A DNA stretch of 64,000 nt, taken from Eledone cirrhosa. Lineage: Eukaryota. Positions 13,187 through 27,280 of this stretch are shown here, piece by piece (positions within the stretch are counted from its first letter, which is position 1; every line of letters starts with the position of its first letter). The position numbers and the translations under genes are program-made. A model generated the notes under the pieces. That model made no database searches and was not told the origin of the DNA. It was given only the letters and a program-made list of their open reading frames with translations. The stretch is taken from assembly GCA_964016885.1 (NCBI GenBank), contig OZ024740.1:134540001-134604000 (forward strand). The letters are read 5' to 3'.

Positions 13187-14130
13187 AACTCCTCGGCTTT
13201 CTATAGAGGACTAGTGGAGGGGAAGAGCGACGACGTTCTCGAAGAGATCCTGGGCGTCGAAGAAGATCAGCTGTTTCCTCTCTTCCGGAGAACTTTCAGC
13301 CCAGGGCTTGTGGATAACTTCCAAAAATCCCTGGCCTGGCAGTGCTACCGGGGAGCGTTGCCGGTTCGAGATAAGCTCTACAGGGACGGAAGTGCCGTCA
13401 GCCGAGCCTGTGCGAGATGCGCGCAAAGCGACGAGACCATCATGCACGCACTCGTTCAGTGCCCGAGCATTGCTGACTTGTGGAGCTATGTCGAACAGTT
13501 GCTGTCGCGCGTAGGACTGATCCGGTTATCGACTGAGTCCATTGTGCAGATGGTTTCGCCGTCTTCCTTCGAGGAGGAAGGGCAGGTGGTTTTCATCTGC
13601 CTGGTGGCCATGGCGAAAGAGATTGTGTGGTGGACAAGGTTGAAAGGGTTAAAGACAGACACTTTCCTCTTCGACGAATCCCTAATTAACTTTTACAAGT
13701 TTCATTTGAAGAGGAAAATCAGGGTGGAGAGGCAAGTGCTGCCTTCTAGCAAGTTTGTTGAAAGGTGGGTGAATGTAGCGAGAATGGTCCGAGTAAACAG
13801 GACCACTCTGAATATACGCCTGTAGTTTGAGAAATGGAAAAATTGAGAGAGGGCGCTTGTCCTGGTGGTCAAGGTGGCCGTGGTCTTTTGTGTGGTTTTC
13901 GCCACGAGTAACCCTCGGAGTTTTCCCCCCTAAAGGGGAATTTTTTTTCATTGTTTCAATTTTCATTTTTATTGTTTATATATGTTTCCAAGTCTTTTTT
14001 TTTTCTTCTTTTCTTATATAAATAATAAAAATCTTTACACGCACAAAACCCACATCGTACCGTCCTGTACCGTCATGTACCGTCTGTAATGTTTTTCTTG
14101 ATGTGAGCCCTTGTGGCCAATAAAGAAAGC
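13183..14130 (+). mobile_element. 5'-truncated Tx1/L1-like LINE (zf-RVT C-terminus and 3' UTR)
   Basis: ORF 13214-13825 WQCYRGALPVRDKL..CARCAQSDETIMHALVQC; homologous to 19295-19780. Confidence 0.9.
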
Positions 14131-14153
14131 ATTATTACTATAAATATTATTAC

Positions 14154-14192
<39 letters not shown>

Positions 14193-14193
<1 letters not shown>

Positions 14194-14381
14194 ACGGCAG
14201 TGGATTGGTAGTATCGGTAGAGGGTCGGACACCATGCTTTGACGCATAGAATTACGGCCCTTGCCATTCTAAGTTCAAATCCCGCCGAGGTTAACTTTGC
14301 CTTTCATCCTTACGAGGTCGATAAAATAAAGTACAAGTAACCCACTGGGTAATTGCTGGCCTTGTGCCAAAGGTAGAAACA

Positions 14382-14413
<32 letters not shown>
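14193..14413 (+). mobile_element. Full-length tRNA-derived SINE with (TTA)n tail
   Basis: A-box TGGTAGTATCGG, B-box GTTCAAATCC, shared central core, TTA tail. Confidence 0.92.
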
Positions 14414-14414
<1 letters not shown>

Positions 14415-17400
14415 GGTCTAATCGGACGTATTTTGCTCGCTTCCAGTAAGTCGCTTTATTTGCCTGTTAAAATTATTTGTTGTTAAATATTTCTTGTTGT
14501 GTAAGGGATATAAGCCCTTAGACTTTGCCCTGTGAAGGGGAAAGTATAATATTTGGGCCTTTTGGCCCAAATATTTGACCTTTTTTTTACATGTTAAAAA
14601 ATTTACGGAGAAAAGAAAAATAACATGGCTGAGCCACGCCCCCCAGCGATATGTCTGCTGTCGTGCGACAACGACGTAGAAGTTGAGAGGAGCGCTACAG
14701 CGAAATTAACACAAATTGATAACACAAACACCACCACAAACAATGTAAACAAAAACACCAATGATACCAATGGGAACTCTAATTTTGAAAAAAATGACAG
14801 TAACAGCGACAACGAAAATACAGATAACAAAAAAAATATATATAATATCAACACCACTAACATGAAAACAAATAGCGACAACACCAACAGCAACAATACC
14901 AACTGCACCGAGAACAACGGTGGCAACAAAGACAACAATGATAACAGCGACAGTGATAACAACAACACCAACAAGAACAACGACAACGACAACAACACTC
15001 CCAACGAAAACAAGCAGAACACTTTCGCTGCGGCAGCAACAAAAAAGAGGCCATGCTTCAACATGGACCTCTCAAACAAAGATGAAAAGTTGGCCCAGGC
15101 ATGGAAGCTCATCAAGCAAGAGCAAACCTGGGCTAACTTAACTGTCCCGGTAGAAGCTATTGAGGCAGTGGAGCGCAGAACGGTGCATTATAGATGCATC
15201 TCAGCACAAACCAAAATGGCAGCTTTAATCCCACAAGAAGATGTCGAATTCGCGCTGAGGTGCACCAGAGAAGACAACGAATACATAGAGAGGAGCAGAC
15301 AGTACGGCACCATTTCGGTGTTGTTCAAGTCAGAAGCTCTCGCTATGAAACACGCTATGACTCCTTGCAAAACCAGCAAGGTCATAATGTACCCCTCCCA
15401 CATAGGAAAAAGAACGGGCGTCTCCACATTCGCAGAATCCCACCAGGACTTGACATGTGGTGGCTTCTGGGATGTGTGATTGTGGAGAGGGCGGATACCG
15501 TCCCTATAGAAGTGACCAAAACGGCCAGAGAGGACTGGTCCGGGGTTGACCTGGAGATCCTTCTCCAGATGAGGCCCGAGAATGTGAAGACAATCCCGGA
15601 CCACATCCGCCTTCAGAATGGGACGGTCATTCACATTATGGCCGAGGGCAAAACGCCGCAGTGTTTTGTTTGTGGGGAAAAAACCCATTTGCGAGCCTTC
15701 TGCCCTCAACTGCTGAAAGAGGCAAGGGGTCGAAAGGCTCCACTGCTGCCGACGCCGGGGCGAGGACCACAACCAACACCAGCACCGGCAAAACCACCAA
15801 CAACAACACCAATAGAAAGACCACCACCAACATTGACCCCCCCCCCCCCGGGGGAGAAACTATGAAAGTTGTCAAATTCCTCCTCCCCCCAAAAATACAC
15901 ACACCAATAAAACCATAAACATACATACAGACACACTTACAGCGACAGACCCCTCATCTACCAGTAGTGAAGATGAGGGAAAACCAAAATCCCCCAAAAT
16001 ACAAAAAAGGAAACACAAAAAGAAAAAAAAAATCAACAAAGCACAAAATCACCCACAATAAAAAACGCAGACACCACCCACGCAAACATCTCTCCAATAA
16101 CACCAACATCAACACCACCATCACCATCACCAGAATCCCCCAAACGCAAAGAACCTAAACAGTCGCAAGAACAAATATACACACAAACATCTGAAACCAC
16201 AGACACCGCACTCACAACAAACACAGATACAACCGACACAATACCACCAAAACCATCACCACCACAGCCACGCAAACAAATAAAATCACACCAACAAAAC
16301 ATACAAAACTTCGTGCTCGTCAGGAGGGCCAACAAGGAACTGATGGCCCTCGTAGCACGAAGTGAAAATATACAAAAAGAGGGTGAACTTTTTTAATCGA
16401 GCACATTTCGCGTGCCGGAAGATTTGGTTCTGGTGCGAATGTCGATCGATTTATACAAAGAAATACGAGACAGCTTTCCTCGGGACGTGGGAACCCCGAA
16501 CGTAAAACCCACTTCAAGACTTTTAAAGGGGTTTCCAAAAGAAACCCCATCAACTATGGAGGTCGAACAACCCGACCTTCACAAGAGCCCGGAAGGTAAG
16601 TAAACCTTTCCTCTCTCTCTTTTTAACCTGCCAACATGGCCGTATTAAGAGTAGGATGTTTAAATGTTCGAGGCCTGGGATTGTCCTGGAAGCAGGGTCA
16701 CCTGCTCAACGACTTCAGGTCTATAGAAATGGATGTAATTGCCGTCAGCGAGACCAGGATTTCCGACACGCGCGCACTAGCCCCCATTTTCGACGACTAT
16801 CAGATCTTTGCATCTGTTAGCCGGTCGGGAATGGGAGGCGGGGTGGCCTGGACGTGAACAATAACGAAGGTGGTGCCTTTAGACTGGTGGCCGTTTATGC
16901 TCCTACTGGGGCAGGACAGCAGGACTTCTTTAGACGCCTGGAAGCCTTTCTGGGTACGTTTCGCCCTTTACTGTTAGCGGGGGACTGGAACGGCATCTTA
17001 GACGCACGCTGGGACTGTGTTGGAGTATCCGATAGGAGCGGGGGAGTGCAAAAGCCTCAAGAACCTGATCAGCCAGTTCCAACTGTCTGACAGGTACTGA
17101 CTAGATTTCCCTAATGCGCCAATGTGGACCTGGGCTAACCGCATAGGGTCATCTAGATCTTATATAGACAGGATATTCATTAGGAAAATAGACAGAAATA
17201 GTGTAAGCTGGCTACGTTTTGAAACGGTCGCCTATTCAGATCACAAGTTTGTGATCTGTATGGTCGACCTAGATAAGACGCGTAGGTTAGGACCTGGTTA
17301 CTGAAAGCTAAACATGTCATTTCCGGCACGTAAGGCTTACAGGGACCAGGTCAACAATTTAGTTAAGAAAAAGTTGACAGGGGGAGTCGTCAACAATAGA

Positions 17401-19935
17401 TGGTGGGGGGGCTCTCAAAAGAGAGATAGAGTATTGTCGATAGAGTTTAGCAAAGAAGTAGCGTTAGAGAAAAATAGAAAGGAGGGGGAGTTGGTAGATA
17501 AGTTAGACGAGGCTATTGGTAGTGGCATTGCAACTGATGTGCTAGTGGCGAGAATGGCATTAGACAATTTCTTCAATGCGAAACACGAAGGTTGCATTGT
17601 CAGAGCTAAGGCGCGTGCTCTGAGAAACGAGGGAACCAAAGCTTTTCGATGGGCCCGCGTGGCAGAGGCGCAGCGTGGTAATAAAACCACGATTCGGTCT
17701 TTGACGGACCGAGACGGGCACGATCTGAGTGATTCCAAAAGGATGTGTGAGGCCTTTCGCCAACATTTTGCTCGGTTGTTCGGGGGAAGTGGCAGGTCAG
17801 AGATGGTGGCGGACTTCAGTCCCTATCTCGATGGCTTGCCGCAACTCTCGACGGCTGACGCTGGGCGCTGCGAAAGGCCAATTACTTCAGCCGAGATTCA
17901 GGATGCCCTTGTCGGCTGCATGAGGCGCAAGTCACCCGGTTTGGATGGTCTGCCCTACGAGCTTTACGTAAATATGCCAGACTTGTTCTCCAATCTCCTC
18001 GAAGCCCTCTACTTCAACTGGCAGCAAAACGGGAGTATTCCCAGTTCTGTGAGCTGATAAGGAAAGACGAGAACAAGAGGGACATATTAGACAATTTCAG
18101 GCCCTTAACTCTGTGTTTAACACAGTGTTTAAGATTTTGGCCAGGGTGTTAGCGAAGAGGTTGGCGCTTGTTGTCGGGGATTTGGTTGGGGAGGCGCAAA
18201 CTTGCGCAATCCCAACCAGGTCCATACACGACAACCTCCACCTAATGCGATACATCATAGAGAGGGTAGGGTGTAAACCTGGCTTCGGTGGGGCTCTGAT
18301 CAATTTAGATCAATCGAAAGCCTTCGATAGGATCGACCATCGGTACCTGGAGGCTGTCCTCAAGGCGGCTGGCTTCGGCCCCGTCTTCAGAAGCTGGATC
18401 GCTGCAATGCACAGCGGCACCTGCTCGATGGTCAAAATTAATGGCCACCTCTCAGAACCGTTTCAGGTCTCCCGATCGGTCCGTCAAGGGTGCCCTCTCT
18501 CCTCCCTTCTGTACGTATTGACTCTCGAGCCTTTACTGCGGGACGCGGAAAGGCTGTGTCGGCTTATGCGGACGACATCACCGTGATGGTGTCGGACACC
18601 TCAGAAATCGAGGTGGTCTGCAACTTATTGGAGGAATATGAAAGGTTGACGGGAGCAAAACTTAACCCGGAAAAGTCAGTGGGCTTGCAACTCGGCACCT
18701 GGAGAACAAGGCCATGCCGTCCAACATCATCGTTAGGCGCTGGACGGACCGGTAAAGTAGCTCGGGGTTTGGTTCGGGCCAGACCTCCAGGTGGATAAGA
18801 ATTGGGAAGAGGTGACGGGCAGGGTAGCCGGTCTCACCCAGAAATGTGCTGGGATAAAGCTATCACTGAAAGGTCGGGCGGAGGTGGCGAACGCGTATAT
18901 CGCGTCCGTCATCTACTACCGTCTGACCGTCGTCCCTTGCCCCCGTTCGCGGCTCGCCATCTTGGAGAGGCCCCTCTTCAAATTCTTGTGGAGGGGTCAG
19001 GTTCCGCTGGTGAGGCTGTCCATCTGCTGCCATCACTCTCTACGTGGAGGGCTGGGCATGCCGTGGCTAATGATGCGCAGGCACACGCTGAAGCTGCGGC
19101 ATCTCCAAATATTCTGCCTAAAGGCGGACAGGTGTGGTCGCCGTTTGTCAGACGGGCCTTTCCGCAGCTCATTTCTTTGACTGAGCTGCAGTCCTGGGTC
19201 AAGAAGAGACCGAGACTGGGTGGCTGGCATCTGGAATGTTGCCAGGCACTCACTGCCCTCTACCAGGCGGGCAATGCGGTCAGTGGAACTTCCACTCTCG
19301 AGTTCTATAGAGGATTAGTGGTGGGCAAGTGCGACGACGCACTCGGAGAGGCTCTGGGAGTCAACGAAGTCGAACTAACTAGTCTTTACTGGAGGACTTC
19401 GAGCCGGGGACGATGGATAATGTCCAAAAATGCCTCGCTTGGCTGTGCTACCGGGGGGCACTGCCGGGTCGAGATAAACTCTACAGGCACGGAAGTGCTG
19501 TCAGACGGACCTGCCCGAGATGCGCGCAGAGCGACGAAACCGTTCTGCACGCACTAGTCCAGTGTCCTTGCATTACTGACTTGTGGAGTTATGTTGAACA
19601 GCTGTTGTCGCGTGTAGAATGGATCCGGATATCGGCCGAGTCCATAGTGAAGATCGACCCGCCGCCTTCTTTTGGCCAGGAAGGGTAGGCAATTTTCCCA
19701 ATACATTTGTTGAAAGGTGGGTGAATGTGGCGAGAATGGCCCGTGTGAGTGGGCCTACTCTGGTCATGCGGCTGTAGGTAGGTAAATTTAAGGAGGAGAT
19801 GGGTTCTCTTCCAGGGTGCTTTCGAAGCGTCGGGTCGTTCAGGACTGGTGGGGTACCTGAGCGAACCCTAGGTGGTCATCCCCCTCTATTGGGGAATTCT
19901 TTCTTGTTGTAATTTTATTGTTACTTTATTGTTAC
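14414..19935 (+). mobile_element. Near full-length, frameshifted Tx1-like non-LTR retrotransposon (ORF1 with CCHC knuckle; ORF2 APE + RT + zf-RVT)
   Basis: ORF1 from 14625 (Asn-rich N-terminus, CFVCGEKTHLRAFC, Pro/Thr-rich tail); ORF2 from 16636: LNVRGL, VYAP, GDWN, SYIDRI, SDH, KSPGLDGLP, LDQSKAFDRI, VRQGCPLS, YADD, CPRC..DETVLHALVQC. Confidence 0.93.
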
Positions 19936-19936
19936 T

Positions 19937-20111
19937 TATCGGTAGAGGGTCGGACACCATGCTTAGCAGAAAGAGTTACGGCCCTTTATGATCTGAGTTC
20001 AACTCTCGCCGAGGTTAACTTTGCCTTTCATCCTTACGGGGTCGATAAAATAAAGTACCAGTAATGTACTGGGTAATTGCTGGCCTTGTGCCTAAAGTAG
20101 AAACAATTATT
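19937..20111 (+). mobile_element. tRNA-derived SINE abutting the Tx1 3' end
   Basis: Same family core; first ~15 nt missing. Confidence 0.9.
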
Positions 20112-20898
20112 TACATTTTGTAGATATCGCTGTGGAACTACTGAGTCGTAATAGATATTTTACGTCAGTGTATTCCAAGCAACATTGTGTTGCAAATAGG
20201 ATATCTCAACAATAGCCTTGTTGCAAGGGGGAAAAAACTTTCTTATTATGTGCTAATAGCATATGACATACAAATAAGCAAACGTTTTTATAGTATGCCC
20301 CTTTCTCAAGTCTTATTCAGCTATATTGATCTTAAGTGAACGTAGAAACTGAGTTACATACCTAACACTTTATTACCCGTGATTTTCAAAATTCATATAT
20401 CCATCAATATGTTTCAGCTCAGAAAGTATCCCACTAAATATTCTTGCTTTGAATTTCTATCCCCCTTTCTTTTTCCTATGGATGAGAAATGCTTTAACGT
20501 ATTGAAAATTCGATGCTATTCTCAGATTCGATATTTGTATTTCATTACTTCACCAATACTTTTTGGTTTCTTCTATCACCTTCTACGGCTCTTGAAATGT
20601 CACTGAACTTTTAAATATGTCAACATTCCTACAGTACCAGTCTATAAGTCAAACGCAGGAACTTTTAAACCATATGTGATTCGAACCAAGATCGAAATAT
20701 GTACCCACCTGAAGTGAGAGGAAAGGGAATTGAATGAAAACACTAAGATCTTTGCTGCTCTTACGAATTATATAATCAAATGTTTTTTTGTTATTTAACC
20801 CCCGGTCAGCCCTGGTAGAGCAGATCTAAATTCAAATGCGTTCTAGCTATGACCATACTTTTATTTTACATATCAAGGACTACATTATTGTGTGTGTG

Positions 20899-20980
<82 letters not shown>

Positions 20981-23900
20981 AGATGCGAATTTGGGAGGAA
21001 ATCTAACTGCTATTTCTGGCGGTTCAATGAAAGCGATTTCAAATTACCGAGTGGTAACTTGAAGTGAGCCCATCGTAAGTGGAGGCAGGGATGTCACCAC
21101 CACCACACCCCACCCTATCCCCACCCTATCCCCATCCCCTCACACACATACTACTTTTCAGTGAAACAACCACAGATTTTTTTAAATGGAGCTTATAAGA
21201 GACGTCCTGAAATACGTTCATTAAAGTCTTGACTTTATTAAAGTTTCTTCTTAAAACAAAGACCAAAAATAATACTTTTTTTAATGTAAATAAAGAAGTT
21301 GTTCAAACAATTTCCTAAGGAATTACAATGCCCACCCAGAATATTCTGAAGCCATACCATTCACCACCACCACCTCCTCTGCCACTCGCCATACCGAGCA
21401 CCAAAGCCTGGTGACATGTCTTACTTGAAATGGGAGAAGGTAACTTAAAATCTTTACATCGCTGCAACATACAGTTTGGTGGGATCAGAGGATGATCGTG
21501 GCCATGTCATTTTATGAAGCAAGATACAAACTACTTAGCTATTTGAGTCTCGAATACTCTTTGCTTTTCGTAAGACTTTATTACTGAAGCAATGACAACA
21601 GAAGCTTTCAGCATGTCTGAAATGCAATGGATGAAACAACGATGAGGTGGAGAAGAAATAGTAAACTGCACGCAACATGAAATGAAACTGAAACCACAAC
21701 GACAACAACAACGGAACATGCACAGCCAGAGTTGTATTCCTGTAGCTTCATACACCAATATAACTTTAATCCGTGTATCAAAGTCATATAAAGTAACAAA
21801 TATAAGCAGCTGCTGATGAAATGAGTTTTTCTTTGTGGTTTTTATATGCAGCATGTCTGTTAGTTCTACCAGTTATGAAATAGAAAGTGTAATAGAGAGA
21901 GATGAGGGTATAATCATAAATTGGGAAAGAACACATTACAAAGTGGTGTGTGTGAGTGTGTCCCCGTTATTAACAATAACAGTAAATATATTTATCGCAT
22001 TTAAGTATTAAATAAACCGCAAAATCAAATGTGTCGGTGCGAGTTTGTATGGTTCTTACATAACAAGAGCAGCTTTACTTTTTCAGTATAAGCGATTAGC
22101 TATACAGTATCTTTTTAGAATCGGAGCCACAGAGAAGCCACAGAGTCGATTAAAAAAGAAACAACTTTAGTCCATAGTTGGTACCAGTTCGGTAGATTAC
22201 TTCGGGGAAATAGTTGTATTCTCTCTCTACTTAACAATGCAAGGGCCATCATTTTATGAGGAGTAAGTGATGTATCAAATTAATAAACCGCAAAATCACT
22301 CACCCGTCTAAAATGTAGTTTTCAGTTTTCATAGTTTTGTAAACATTGATATATACATTACGAAACTGACATATACATACACATCACATATACAAGCAGA
22401 AACCCTCCCGGAAGGCAGTGTTTCAGTTGTCAACAATACCTTGAGGCTAGCACAATCATTTGGAAATATCTTACAAACTTTGTAGACAGTAATTCTAAAA
22501 GTTTCATTTCTGGTTTTCCAAAATTTGATTTATGTTCTAATGGTAAATGTAACATTTCTGTTGCAAAATATTCATCGCTAAAGTTGATAAGTTATTGGTG
22601 TGATAGCTTCTTTGTTTTTGTTTTTCTAGCTCACTTTAAGACATTGTGGAATATTTTCACAGGCAATCAAAATGTTCAACCAAACACTGAACAGCATTAA
22701 CTTAGTAAAAAAAATAGATTAAAATAAGTTCCTCGAGCAAGACACAAGTGAAGTATTTGCCTCAGAACGGCCATTACACTCAAACTGTCATAAGTACAGG
22801 TTCCATGCTAGAACATTTATCGTCACCCACGATTATTCCTGTTGCACGTTACCTGTTGCCGTATGTCTTGTGATATAAAGGAGAAAAGCAAAGCCTGCAC
22901 AAAGATGTGTTTATATTGCTGATAGAGAACTCATGCATTCCTAAAACACACCGTTTGACTACTTGTTGGTTATCCACATGGCAAGCAGAAATTCAAGATG
23001 ACGGGTTTGACAAGAAGCTGCAGAGAGCTGTCGGTTCTCAGGTATATAGAACCCGTACGCCTTCAAGCTTATAAAAGCGTCATGTTACAAAGCCTTCATA
23101 GGATTTCTGCAGCGAATTTTGGCAGTAATAGTCCACTGCATCCTGGTAGTTGTGCTTATTCGATTCGTGCATCGCCTTATATCTATTACTGGACATTCCC
23201 CAATTGACCACCTAGTGGACGCACCAGCTACCAGTGGACCTCTATATTAATAGCAAAAAGAATTATTTTGTTTGATTTAAAAAGGCGTATTTAAAAGAGG
23301 ATTTTTCTTTCAAGTGTCAACATTTGTGTGCGTGTCTGAATATACATACATACAGGCGTGCGTTTGTATGTGTATACATATATAACACTCTACAAATGAT
23401 AATGAACGAATGATTACAGGAATAAAATAAAAATTGAAACTTTGAGATAAAAACCGATAAAAATATGGCCAGTAACTAAATTTCAAATCAGCTGCAGTGG
23501 AAATGTGTCATTGACAAAGTCACTAACAGTACCATAAAATATTTGATACCAAGAAATAAACGATAAATGTAATGTGAAGTTCAGTTGTTGGTGTGTTTTT
23601 TTTTCTGTTAATGGTTAAAATGATTTATACCATATTTGATCTCATATAGGACCCCTGGACATTTCAGAAGAGAATATTTTTTTAAATATGCATTGGACAA
23701 CCAGATACGCCAACTTTGCACATAAGCTCCCCGGTGGCATATTTTAAGCCACTTGTTTTGTTTTGTTTTTTTTGTTTTATTTTTGCCCTCAAATACGATA
23801 ATTGCTTTAGTTTCAACACAGTCTCAAATCAAGTCACTTATTTGCCATAAAAATACAACCACGAAATAATTCTAATTTTAATTTTTTTTTAATAAAATAC

Positions 23901-24567
23901 CTACCTTGTGGTATTCGGAGAATTCTGTACATTAATTATATAAAAGGAAATTCTTAGACTATAGTAACATTGGCGCAAGATATTGTAAATCCAACAGATC
24001 AAATAACATAATTTCACGAAACATGCATCGAGACTAAAGATTTATTAACAGTCAATCACATTTGTCAACCTCCATAATACAATTGTTGTGATTAGTTAAT
24101 TGCTTTATCGTGATCTTCGTGATTGGTTGAACAACCCAAATGTGTAAACTCAAAAGTTATAGACATTAACGTTGATGTATCTTCATCTTTAGTCATAAAT
24201 TTATATCTTGTCAGAATGAAGTAGTGAAGCTGACTTTATGTGGTTAGCCACGGATTTGATAGGAAATATGTATATATTAGGTTGATATGTGATCTAAAAT
24301 ATATAGATTGTCCATATATGACTGATAGCAGATGTTCTAGTGAAATAGTCGTTTTCTACTACAGATTATATTTCTGAATTATCAGTAATATATCCGGTAA
24401 CACCGTAGTGTAATATAATATATAACTAATATTTTTATTTTTTACACATATTCATCTTTCAGTGATGAGGACTATCAATTTTGAGATGTATATAATATTC
24501 TAAGAATTATCATGTATAAATTCAGTTACCCGCAGATGTGTTGCACGAAAATGAAACACTATGCATA

Positions 24568-25442
24568 CGAGGTGTGTCAGAAAAGTTCCAGGACTGATGT
24601 CACAAAAGATTTATTTCAAACCCAAACTTCACACTGAGAGTTTTCTCCTTCAAAGTAATCCACTGGAGTCTAATGCACTTTTCCATCCTTTTCTGCCACG
24701 CTTGCATGCACTCCTGGAAGGAATCTTCCGGGATCCTCTGCATTTCCGTCGTCACGGCCTTTTTGATGTCGTCCACGTCTTCAAAACGGGTCCCCTCCAG
24801 GTCGTACTCGAAGATCCACGACTCATCACGGGTGATGACTGTCCCTAACAAGTTTGGTTCGGTTTCAAGACGCTCGAGGATGTCCTGGCACACTTGCATG
24901 CGTCGACCCTTCTGGTCATCGTTCAGCAGTTTTGGCACCATCTTCGCGCAGACTTTCCAAATCTTCAGTGAGAATCTTCCAGACGCTGTCCCGGTTCATG
25001 CCCAGCTCATTTGCCATCAGTCGAACAGTCAGCCGACGATCGCTACGCACCATCTGCCTGATGCGCTCAACGTTGACCTCAGTCCTGGTTGTTGAGGGCC
25101 TTCCGCTCCTGGAGTCATCTTCCACGTCCTCGCGTCCTTCTTTAAACCTCTTGCACCACTCAAAAACACGTGAGCGTGACATCGTCTCATCTCCATACAG
25201 CGGAGTTTTCCCCAACCGTACTAGGAACTTCAAGTTTGTTCGTTGCTCTGTGCTCATTGCTTGACGACCTGAAACAGAGGACATGTATATAAAATTATAA
25301 AGAAAATAGTTTGATTGCTGCAGAGAGTTAATATTACAGTTACAGACTCCAGGGGGATTACTTTGAAGGCGAAAAGTGTGAAGTTTGAGTTTGAAATAAA
25401 TCTTTTGTGACATCAGTCCTGGAACTTTTCTGACACACCTCG
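24568..25442 (-). mobile_element. Internally deleted mariner transposon with long TIRs and TA target duplication
   Basis: TA-CGAGGTGTGTCAGAAAAGTTCCAGGACTGATG... at both ends; transposase EQRTNLKFLVRLGK, SGRPST, VPKLL, TRDESW fused directly to LEGTRFEDVDDIK. Confidence 0.95.
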
Positions 25443-25527
25443 TATGTATGGCCAATGCACTAAACAAAGACAATAAATAATCATTTTAAAAATTGAAAAT
25501 CTAAAATGAAAATATAATGGAACTATT

Positions 25528-26830
25528 AATCCCGCCGAGCTTACCTTTGCCTTTCATCCTTACGAAGTCGATAAAATAAAGTACTAGTCATGCACTGGGG
25601 TCGATTTAATTGACTTTCCCCTCCCCCCAAATTGCTGGCCTTGTGCCTATATAAGAAATCATTATTTGCAGGTAATGGATTGGCGGTGGATTGGAAGTAT
25701 CGGTAGAGGTTCGGACAACGTGCTTTGCAGTATGGAGTTACGGCCCTTTACGGTATGAGTTCAAATCTCGCCGAAGTTCACTTTGTCTTTCATCCTTACT
25801 GAGTCGATTTAATCGACTCACCCCAACCCCTTCAAATTGCTGGCCTTGTGCCTAAAGTAGAAACAATTATTTACAGGCAATTATTGGTAGAATGTTGGAC
25901 ACAATGCTTTGAAGCATAGAGTTGCGGCCTTTTACGTTCTGAGTTCAAATCCAGCCGAGGTTAGCTTTGTCTTTCATCCTTACGGGGTCAAAAAAAAGTA
26001 CTAGTAACACACTGGGGTCGATTTAATCGACTTTCCCCTCCCCCAAAATTGCTGGCCTTGTGTCTAAATCAGAAACCATTATTTGGGGTCCATTTAAACG
26101 ACCCCTTCCGCCTGAAATTGCTGGCCTTGTGCCTAAATTAAAAATTACTTATTACTGTGGATTGACAGAATTGTTATAGCACATGGACAACATGCTTTGC
26201 GGCGTATAGTTACGTCCCTTTATGTTCTGAGTTCAAATCCCGCCGAGGTTAGCTTTGTCTTTCATCTTTACGGGGTCGATAAAATAAAGTACCAATAACA
26301 CACTGAGATCAATTTAATTGACTTTTCCGTCCCGAAAAATTGTTGGCCTTCTGCTTAAATCAGAAACCATTAATAATGTCGGTGGACTGGTAGAATCGGT
26401 AGAGCGCCAGACAAAATGCTTTGCAACATATAGTTATGTCCCTTTATTTTCTAAGTTCAAATCCCGCCAAGGTTAGCTTTGCTTTCATCCTTACGGGGTC
26501 GATAAAGTAAAGTACCAGTAACGCACTGGGGCCGATTTTATTGACTTTCCCCTTCCCCGAAGATCGTTGGCCTTGTGTCTAAATCAAAAAACCATTATTT
26601 GGAGGCAATTTAAACGACCCCCCCCCCCCCCACACACACACACACACACACACGCCGCCTCTGAAATTGCTGGTCTTGTTACTAATTACTGTGGATTGAC
26701 AGAATTGTTTTAGCACATGGACAACTTGCTTTACGGCGTATAGTTACGTCCCTTTATATTCTATATCCAAATCACAAGTTCAACTTTGCTTTTCTTCCTT
26801 CCGTTGTCAATAAAACAAAGTAGTAGTCAG
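25528..26830 (+). mobile_element. Head-to-tail cluster of about six tRNA-SINE copies
   Basis: Repeated B-box/core/GCTGGCCTTGTG units, all on +. Confidence 0.9.
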
Positions 26831-26911
26831 GAGCGGATGCCCGTCATATAGATGTGTATATATGTGTATGTATGCGTGTTTATGTGTGTGTGTGAGTGTG
26901 TGTGTAAGTGC

Positions 26912-26944
<33 letters not shown>

Positions 26945-27183
26945 AGTACTAGTCAGGTGCGGATGCCCGTCATATAGATGTGTATATATGTGTGTATGTT
27001 TATGTTTACATTACTTAACAATTGGTGCTGTTTGTTCGTATCCTGTAACTTCGTGGTTCGACAAATACAGATCGATAAAATAAGTACAAGATTGTGAAAT
27101 ATATACTGGGGTCAATATGATTAACTAAACCTTTGCAGGTGGTGCTCTGGCGTGGCCACAATCAAATGACAGAAACCAGTAAA

Positions 27184-27214
<31 letters not shown>

Positions 27215-27280
27215 TAACTACAGAATGACATACCAATATACCTATATTCACAAAATGAGGAGATAACAGGCGTAGATAAC

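Noticed and set aside
14625-15030. Asn-rich ORF as a host gene
   Set aside because: It is the low-complexity N-terminus of Tx1 ORF1
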